Assembly: GCF_006345805.1 (NCBI RefSeq)
Contig: NC_043004.1
Coordinates: forward strand, 11,780,001 to 11,844,000
Origin: Octopus sinensis
Lineage: Eukaryota
Direction of reading: 5' to 3'
DNA: 64,000 nt
Positions 55,595 to 64,000 of the stretch are shown here, in pieces. Within the stretch, counting starts at the first letter, position 1; each line of letters begins with the position of its first letter. Position numbers and translations under genes: made by a program. Below the pieces are notes generated by a model, which saw nothing but the letters and a program-made list of their open reading frames with translations, ran no database searches and was not told the origin of the DNA.

Positions 55595-56344
55595 AAACAT
55601 TTTATTCAGTAGCTATGTTCTTGTAGTGTATGAGACATTTGGCACAACCATTTTGGCGCCACCTTTTTGGCATAGCTGAATTGACGCTGACTTCGCATTA
55701 GACATTTCTTCCCTCCCGTTGTGTGTATATGTGTGGACATGGGGCTATGTTTGTGTGTGCGAGCATGTTTTTCTTTTGCAGTATAAAGCAAGGTAAAGTG
55801 TTTATGTCAATCGGATCCCATTAACAAATTGTTATCTCTCGCCCTTATTATCTTGGTCTGAGCGAGTATATTTCTATGCACTCGTGCGTGTGTGCATGTT
55901 TGCCTCCAGTGCTAAAAAGTACTTTCAGCAAAAATGTCATCGCCAAAACATGTTCAAAATCTACTCAGTCACGCCAAATTGCCAGCGACTAAAAAGCTGC
56001 GTCCGTCCACTTTCTGGATGTAAGTCAGTTCCACGAAAAGCAAGATTTTTGTGTCCCTTTTTCATATGGAAATCCAATGACAAGAAATAATAATAAACAT
56101 TCATATACATCACAGTATTTCAAATATTAAATAAATGTCTAAACTACGAAATAATTAATATATCATCATTCACATATCATGAAATGAAAAATAAATAAAG
56201 TTTCTTAGTTTCTTACAAATAATTTATAAATAATTCGTATTTATCTTGTTTTTACTTCATAAATCCTAGAACCTAGCTTCATGTTATATAATATTCAATA
56301 ATCGGTAACAAGAAGCATATATCTGTATGCATATGTTGGTATGT

Positions 56345-56622
56345 GGAGGCACATGGCCTAGCGGTTAGAGCAGCGGACTCGCGGTCAAAGGATCGCGGGT
56401 TCGAATCTCAGACCGGGCGATGTGTGTGTTTATGAGCGAAACAGCTAGGCTCCACGCGGCTCCAGCACTGCTGACTCTTTTGCCACAACTTTCTCTCACT
56501 CTTTCCTCCTGCATCTTGCAGCTCACCTGCGACGGACCGGCGTCCCGTCCAGGTGCGGGACCTATACGCCATGGAAACCGGGAAACCGGCCCTTATGAGC
56601 CAGGCATGGCTCGAAAAGGAAC
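56345..56622 (+). mobile_element. tRNA-derived SINE family D
   Basis: Head ggcacatggcctagcggttagagc...gactcgcgg...gggttcgaatctc (A/B boxes); body cctgcgacggaccggcgtcccgtccagg. Confidence 0.7.
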
Positions 56623-56869
56623 AAACATATGTCGGTATACATTTTATATGCGTGTTAGTGTTTGCACACGCACCGCACACACACACACACACTCATATAT
56701 ATATATATATATATATATACACACTTACCTTTCCAGTTTCATTGACTGAAGAGGAAATAAACACTGCAAAATGCATGCATCCAATAATCTGGTTAGGTGA
56801 GGCCGTAAGTAGAGTCGGCGTTGACTGAGGTACTCCAATATTAGAAACCTCCTCTGATATGTGACATTT

Positions 56870-56942
56870 GGTCAATGAGGGAGTTTGATGCGGCTACCCT
56901 TATCTGTGTTTCCTGCAGTGAGGTAGGCTCGTCTGGAACCCT
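56870..56942 (-). mobile_element. Short CR1-group LINE ORF2 C-terminal fragment
   Basis: Minus translation VPDEPTSLQETQIRVAASNSLI parallels VPDEPTSRQEGQMRAAASNSLM at about 19890-19960. Confidence 0.7.
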
Positions 56943-57394
56943 TGACGTTAGTACATCGGACAAAATACATTGCGGTATTTATTTGGTTTTTCCCGTTGTG
57001 TATTCAAATCTCTCCAAGGTTTCCTTAGTCATTGTCCTTCAGGCAACGATTAAAAAACAAAAAAAATATTATCGAACAGAAACAACTATTTAATCGATCG
57101 CAAATTTGGAATTGGGATGCCCAAGGCAGGCTGTGATTGTCTTTAAGTGCCAAGATTTATATATTCTTGCCCTGCTTTTGATGGCGACTTAGAGACAATA
57201 TTCTTACAGTATGATAAAAAGTATGTTTTGTATACTACCGTGCGCTAGTCCTGTGTCCAGAAGAGTACTGCCATATATCACCGCGTCTCATTCTATAAAC
57301 AGATTAGAAGAACACTTTTCGAGACATTTCGCATTGATTATACCGACTTGTTAAGTGTTAGAGACTGCTAAGACATTATGCATCACTACATGTG

Positions 57395-57427
<33 letters not shown>

Positions 57428-57650
57428 TGTATGCATGTATTCACTTTAAGCGTTACGTACAAGAAAATTGGATCTCCCCGTTTGCATCTGAAGTCTCTCC
57501 GAGTCTATTAAGGATTTTTCCCCCTCTTATTAAGGGAAAATAACCCGTACTCATTGACGTTTTCTTCGTTTTCCTCGAGTTGTGAGCGTTTCCACACGTC
57601 TGCGACGTAGATATTTTAAAATTTTCTATTCATATAGAATCTAACGAGCT

Positions 57651-57788
57651 ACGGATATTTGTCCTCATCTTGTTTGTTGTTAAACACAACGTTTCAGCTG
57701 ATATACTCTCCAGTCTTCATCGGGTGTATTAGGGAAATTTCAAACCTGGGTTCTCATTCCAAAGGTATTTTTCGATGTTAATATGTTA

Positions 57789-57845
<57 letters not shown>

Positions 57846-57905
57846 TCACTGCTTGGATCGAACTCGGAATCTTGGACTTAGTAGCCCGCGTTCTTAAACA
57901 CTACG
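57651..57905 (-). mobile_element. tRNA-headed hammerhead-containing element, left (inverted) copy
   Basis: Reverse complement of 57906-58305; its hammerhead core reads CCGATGA. Confidence 0.8.
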
Positions 57906-57989
57906 GGCATATGGTGTAGTGGTTAAGAGAGCGGGCTACTAACCCCAAGATTCTGAGTTCGATTCCAAGCAGTGACCTGAATAATGATA

Positions 57990-58053
<64 letters not shown>

Positions 58054-58107
58054 GTATGTATGTATGTATGTATGTATGTATGTATGTATGTATGTATATA
58101 CTAATAA

Positions 58108-58147
<40 letters not shown>

Positions 58148-58322
58148 CTAATAATAATAATAATATAATAATAATAATATCGAAAAATACCTTAGGAATG
58201 AGAACCCAGGTTCGAAATTTCCCTAAGACACCTGATGAATGGCTGGAGCGTATATCAGCCGAAACGTTGTGTTTAACAACAAACAAGATGAGGACAAATA
58301 TCCGTCGAATGTAAATAATGTA
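57906..58322 (+). mobile_element. tRNA-headed hammerhead-containing element, right copy
   Basis: A box tggtgtagtgg, B box gagttcgattcc, microsatellite spacer, then gaaaaataccttaggaatgagaacccagg...hammerhead...gaggacaaatatccgt. Confidence 0.8.
58226..58274 (+). ncRNA. Minimal type I hammerhead ribozyme
   Basis: AGACAC-CTGATGA-at-GGCTG-gagcgtatat-CAGCC-GAAA-CG-TT-GTGTTT: 6-bp stem I, 5-bp stem II, palindromic ACGT stem III; predicted cleavage after 58268. Confidence 0.75.
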
Positions 58323-58325
58323 ATA

Positions 58326-58532
58326 TTCTTTTATTCTTTTACTTGTTTCAATCATTTGACTGCGGCAATGTTGGAGCACCGCCTTTAGTCGAGCAAATTG
58401 ACCCCAGGGCTTATTCGTTGTAAGCCTTGTATTTAATCTATCGGTTTCTTTTGCTGAGCTGCTAAGTTACGGGGTTGTAAACACACCAACATCGGTTGTC
58501 AACCGATGTTGGATAGGGGGGACAACACACAC

Positions 58533-58571
<39 letters not shown>

Positions 58572-58615
58572 TGAATGTATGTATGTATATATATATATAT
58601 ATGTATGTATGTATG

Positions 58616-58651
<36 letters not shown>

Positions 58652-58836
58652 ATAATATATATATATATTATATATATATATATATATACGACGGGCTTCT
58701 TTCAGTTTCCGTCTACCAAATCCACTCACAAGGCTTTAGTCGGCCCGAGGCTATAGTTGAAGACATTTGACCAGGGTGTCATGCAGTGGGACTGAACCCG
58801 GAACCATGTCGTTGGGAAGCAAGCTACTTACCACAC
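58326..58836 (-). mobile_element. SINE family A
   Basis: Head gtgtggtaagtagcttgcttcccaacgacatggttccggg; tail ggcggtgctccaacattgccgcagtcaaatgattgaaacaag. Confidence 0.88.
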
Positions 58837-59049
58837 AGTACGTGTAAGTACGTAAGTGTATGCACGTGTTTGCTTGTTTGTTTATTTGTGTGTTTGTGTA
58901 TGTGCGCGTGCGTTTGTGCGTGCGTGCATGCATCTATAACTGTGTCTGTCAGTGCACGCATATGTAAGCGTGTGTGCGATAAGTCATATACACGAAGCTT
59001 GCAGTTTAGTCAGCTGTAGCATTAAATGTCAGGAAGACAAGTTGAAAAC

Positions 59050-60345
59050 GTGGCGGTGATTTTGGTGGTGTTGGTGGTGATGGCATTGATGGTATTATAA
59101 TGGGGTTGATGGCTGTGGTGGTGATGGTTGTGGTGATGGTGGTGGTGGTGGTGGTGATGGTGGTTGTGGTGGTGATTTTGGTGGTGATGGTTGTGGTGAT
59201 GGTGGTGGTAGTGGTAGTGGTGGTGATGGTTGTTGTGGTGGTGGCGGTGGTGTTGGTGGTGATGGCATTGATGGTATTATAATGGGGTTGATGGCAGTGG
59301 TGGTGATGGTTGTGGTGATGGTGGTGGTGGTGGTGGCGGTGGTGTTGGTGTTGTGTGGTGATGGCATTGATGGTATTATAATGGTTGATGGCTGTGTGGT
59401 GATGGTTGTGGTGGTGATGGTGGTTGTGGTGGTGGCGGTGGTGTTGGTGGTGGTGGTGATGGCATTGATGGTATTATAATGGGGTTGATGGTTGTGGTGA
59501 TGGTGGTGGTGGTGATGGTGGTTGTGGAGGTGACGGTGGTGGTGGTGGTGGTGGTGGTTGTGGTGGTGGCGGTGGTGGCGGTCGCCATCGCGGTAATCGT
59601 AGTGGTTTCAATGGTGATGGTGGTGGAGCTCGTAGCAGTGATGGTGGTGGCGTCGAATGTCAAAGTTCATGATAATGACGGGCATGGTGGCGATGATGGT
59701 TGTTGTGGTGATGGTGATGGTGGTGGTGATGATAGTGGTGGGGGTGTTGATGGTGGTGGTAGTGATGGTTGTTGTTGTTGTTGTTGTTGTTGTTGTGGTG
59801 GTGGTGGTGGTGGTGATGGTAGTTGTGGTAGTGGAAGTCTTGGTGGTGCTGGTTGTTGTGGTGGTGATGAGGTGGTAGTGGTGGTGATGGTGGCTGCGAT
59901 GATGGTGGTGGTGGTGGTCGTGGTCGTGGTGATGATGGTGTGGTGGTGATGATAGCAGTGGAGGTTGAAGTGATGACGGTGATGTCGGAAATGATAGTAG
60001 CGGTGGTGATGTTGGTGGTGGTGGTAGTGGTGATGCTTGTCGTAGTGGTGATGGTGGTGATGGCAGACATCGAAATGGTGAGGCTAATGGGAACTGAGGC
60101 AGTTGTGAAGGTCGGATTGGGAATGGCAGTGGCAATAATGATCGTAGCAGTGGGGGTGATAAAAGCGGTGGTGGTGGAAGTAGCAGCGGCGGTGGGGGCG
60201 GAGGCGGTGGCGGCGGTGGTGATAAATGTTTAAAATGTTGAGGGTAGGTGGTTATGAGGTTGGTAGAGGGCGTGGCAATAGTAGCGATGGCATGACGATA
60301 ATGATGATGATGATGATGATGATGATAATGATGGCGATGATGATG
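59050..60345. repeat. (GGT/GAT)n low-complexity region with higher-order repeats
   Basis: The block gatggcattgatggtattataatgg recurs four times between about 59079 and 59483. Confidence 0.9.
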
Positions 60346-60400
60346 CGAAGTTGTTTTCCACAAATCATGTTCTAATTCTATTTCAAACAATGCCTTTGAT

Positions 60401-60634
60401 ACCTATTTCGTTACTACCCACAAGGGGCTAAACACAGAGAGGACAAACAAGGACAGACAAACGGATTAAGTCGATAAATCGACCCCAGTGCGTACTGGTA
60501 CTATAATTTATCGACCCCGAAAGGATGAAAAAGGCAAAGTCGACCTCGGCGGAATTTGAACTCAGAACGTAACGGCAAACGAAACACGGCTACGCATTTC
60601 GCCCGGCATGCTAACGGTTCTGCCAGCTCACCTT
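60401..60634 (-). mobile_element. SINE family B, full length
   Basis: Minus strand ggtgagctggcagaaccgttagcatgccggg...gtttagccccttgtgggtagtaacgaaataggt. Confidence 0.88.
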
Positions 60635-60642
60635 CAGTCTCA

Positions 60643-62200
60643 CTACCTTCCTTTGTGTATAGGTATTACCATTGTGTCTTTTAATAGTTCTGGGAATTCG
60701 CCGGTATCTTGCGACTTGTGAAATAGTATTTTTAATGGTTTCACGAGACTGTTTTTGCACGTTTTTAGTAGTATGGCTGGCAGACCATCTGGTCCAGATG
60801 CTGAGTTTGAATCTAAGACATTAGTTGTAAGTTTAGTTCTGAGGATCAAAGAATTCATTCGGCTCATATGTTATTTTGTTAACTTATAGGTTGGTAAGAT
60901 GCACTGTCATAATGTCGACTCAAGAATTTACATATTTGTGATAACTCATTAGTAGATGATCCATTTTGATCCGTTAGATAGTCAATCTGGTTATGCGTAG
61001 CTGATTTTTGTTTAGTAAAGGGGAAAATTTATTGATCTTAGAAATGAATGTTATATTTTATACTGCTCGTTGTTTTCTTAGCGAAGTTTCTTTCTCATGA
61101 GATAGTTTTAGGTCCAGTTCGATGTTCTTTTTATCTTTTCACAATCTCATCTGTTGAGAGAGTTTGGTTTTATAGTTGTTTTGTTGGTTTTTATTCTGTT
61201 ACGCACTGGTATCCGTCTATCTCACGGAATCAAGTACTTGTAGGAATAGGAGTGTTTATATGGGGAATACTTTCGACACATTCTGATTAATTCTTCTTTC
61301 AGAAGCTTCATTCCTTCGTTAGCATTGAGATTGCCAATTTGCTTTAAGGATTTCAGATCCCATTTCATTCCACTTGGTCTTCTTGAAATTCAAGTTTAGG
61401 AGGAGTGAGCCATGTTTGATGCTATTTATGTGTGTTGCTCTCTTTGAACCGTATACAGATAATTGTATAATGTTGTGATCAGGAATAGCTGTGGGAATGA
61501 TCTCAACATTGTGAGTGAAGTCTGTATTGGTGATAAAGACTGAGTCGAGTATGTTATTTCCCTTAGTTGGACAGGTAATGATTAATTGTATGAGGAAATC
61601 TTTTAGTGGTGTCGAAAAGAGCATTCATATCTCTCCTGTTCAGTTGTATAATTTCAGGTTGGATATAACCCTCAGGCCTGCTGAAATTAGGAAAACTAAA
61701 ATCCTCTGCTCAAAGTACATTGGCTTCATTTGTGGTTTGACTTATGAGCGACAAAGCATCTTTGATCTCTGTGGCTAGCTGCACCAGGAAGACCGTAGGT
61801 AATACCTATGATCAAATTGAAATCAATTACATGTAATATTAGTGTATTGCGCACCGTGTTGGAGCAGGGGAGGGGACATTTGTTGCCAGGTCATCTTGGA
61901 TGAAAATCGTTATTTCCTCTTGTATCCGTATTCTATGGTCAGCCCTGAGTAATACATAATCTAACATGTACTTCCACATCCGATAAGTCTGGGGTCAGGT
62001 GCGTTGCACTTAGTGTTTCACATATTGTCTTTTCTCGCTGTACGAACTCTTCAAGATATGATATTTATGTTCAATTTGTGAAGTGTAAAAGACCTTGTAC
62101 ATTCGGCATTATCATAGAGTTGAGTTTGTGAGTTAATGACAGCAATGGTGTGTGGTTGTGCACTGGGGTAAAAGCAGTGGTTGGTGCTGTGTGAGAGCTA
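60643..62200 (-). mobile_element. Decayed CR1-group LINE ORF2 (endonuclease to RT start)
   Basis: CPTKGNNILDSVFITN...PDHNII (APE C-terminus), LNFKKTKW, and SASGPDGLPAILLKTC...PLKILF...GEFPELLKDTMVIPIHKG (pre-RT motif). Confidence 0.85.
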
Positions 62201-62301
62201 GAAGTCTCTTTTATTTCTTTTGCCAGATTCATCATGGTTTGCGGCTGTTGATTTCACAGTAGATACCTAGATGATATCTGGGTTTCGATGAAAGTCTGAA
62301 C

Positions 62302-62401
62302 NNNNNNNNNNNNNNNNNNNNNNNNNNNNNNNNNNNNNNNNNNNNNNNNNNNNNNNNNNNNNNNNNNNNNNNNNNNNNNNNNNNNNNNNNNNNNNNNNNN
62401 N
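62302..62401. other. Assembly gap (100 N)
   Basis: Run of N. Confidence 1.
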
Positions 62402-62516
62402 TAGACGTAAAAATTTGTACTATGGTCCATCTGCTAGACAAAATTCCGTTCAAGGCGGCGCCTAGTGTTGGCCGTAATGCCATGACCGAAACCAGTGAAA
62501 GATAAAAGTTTACAAC

Positions 62517-62587
<71 letters not shown>

Positions 62588-64000
62588 GTATATATATATA
62601 ATATATATATATATATTGTGTGTGTGCACGCGCAACTACTGTACACACACGCACAAATATTCACGCACGAACACAATCACGCAGACACGCGATTGTAATG
62701 TATGCCAAAGCATGGCTTGAAGACGGCTTCCCATTGGGCACACACACACGCACACACACACGCACACACGCACACACACACACGCACACATACACACACA
62801 CACACACATCAAACACATTTACACTCAGCTATACGCACACACACACACGCATACACTTTTATCGAGCCAACAAGAGTCAAAACGCGCTCGTTTCATTTGC
62901 TCGAAATAGCAGCTAAGCCTATTTTAAAAAAAAATTTTTTTTTTTGAAATAACATATTTATATCTTTTTATACTTTAACATCCAGGATACATTATTAGAT
63001 ACTCGCAACGTAGTATCTAAAGACCCCCCCCCCAAAAAAAAAAACAAATAAATGATTGTGGTTGACACACTGTTGATCTGATCTGATTAAGATATGATCG
63101 ATCAGGCCGGACCTTGGGCTAAACAAGAGCAGCAAAAGTCGCCAACAGTACATACATACACTCACGGATCTAATGCGCTTACTGTGCCGGATAGCATTAT
63201 TATTATTAGTAGTAGTAGTAGTAGCAGTGATGATTCTGGTGGTTGTGGTGGTGGTGGTGGTGATGCTGGTGCTAGCAGCAGTGTTCTATTACTAGCAGAG
63301 CAGCAACAGCGGCGGAATATATTGCGCGAGAATAAGTTAGTCGTCGTGTGTACAAGTGTGCGTGTGTGTGTGTATGTTTGGATGTTGAGAGAATAATAAT
63401 CATACTGAAGCAAGCTTCTTTCGTTTCGTACACACAAGCATACACACTTTCTCTTTCTCTCTCTCTCTCTTATATGTATGTGTGTGTGTGTGTGTGTGTA
63501 TGGATATATCTGAGTGTGTACGTACGTAATGAGCCTATCGAAAACTGCTCATGTTCATTAACAGAGTAAACACATATATGCATGCAATCACACGTTTGGT
63601 TGTACAAACTGGGAAAAGAGGCCTCGATTCGTAAAAATAGTACGCGTGTGTGTGTGAGAGAGAGAAAGAGAAAGAGAGAGAGAGAGAAAGAGTGAGAGAG
63701 AGAGAATGAGTGAGTGATGAGAGAGAGAGAGAGAATGAGTGAGTGATGAGAGTGAGAGAGAGAATGAGTGAGTGATGAGAGAACGAGAGAGAGAGAGAGA
63801 GAGAGAGAGAATACTAGAGGTAAATCCTCATGGATCGTGCCAAAACATCCAGAAAATCTGATAAAATGCTATGCTACGAAACCAGATCTTTTGCTAATAA
63901 AATAAAGTGCGGATGCAGGTTTTTGTGTAGGTTTGTGTGCTGTGAAATAATCCGACGGACAGCCCTGTACACATACACTCACACATCACCGCCTTTTTGT

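Noticed and set aside
56345-56420. Possible tRNA-Arg gene
   Set aside because: The acceptor stem does not close and the sequence continues into a SINE body, so it is treated as a SINE head.
59608-60390. 260-aa Pro/His/Thr-rich ORF (extensin- or mucin-like)
   Set aside because: The triplet-repeat field is open in several frames on both strands, with no domain or splice evidence.
63094-63396. 100-aa Ser/Gly-rich ORF
   Set aside because: It is built from repeat fragments and triplet runs, with no recognisable homology.

Overview
AT-rich, microsatellite-dense eukaryotic DNA. Its SINE repertoire and (TA)n/(TG)n/(TACA)n density resemble an octopus genome; this is inferred from pattern recognition only. 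I found no convincing host protein-coding exon, and almost all ORFs in the track are translations of simple repeats. The window is a transposon landscape with at least four tRNA-derived SINE families, decayed CR1-group LINE fragments, a decayed Penelope-like element (RT + GIY-YIG), pogo-like and mariner DNA transposons with intact TIRs and TA target duplications, several hairpin MITEs and two minisatellites. It also holds an intact tRNA-Asn(GUU), a 5S rRNA-like copy and several minimal hammerhead ribozymes. The most interesting observations are four. (1) A tRNA-headed SINE-like element carrying a Penelope-type hammerhead, present as a head-to-head pair. (2) A tRNA-Asn joined exactly at its TTTT terminator to a LINE 3' tail, with a 5S copy fused to a SINE nearby. 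(3) A LINE/SINE shared 3' tail whose hairpin is kept with different sequence. (4) A minisatellite derived from a SINE segment. Repeat boundaries were read by eye and are approximate.
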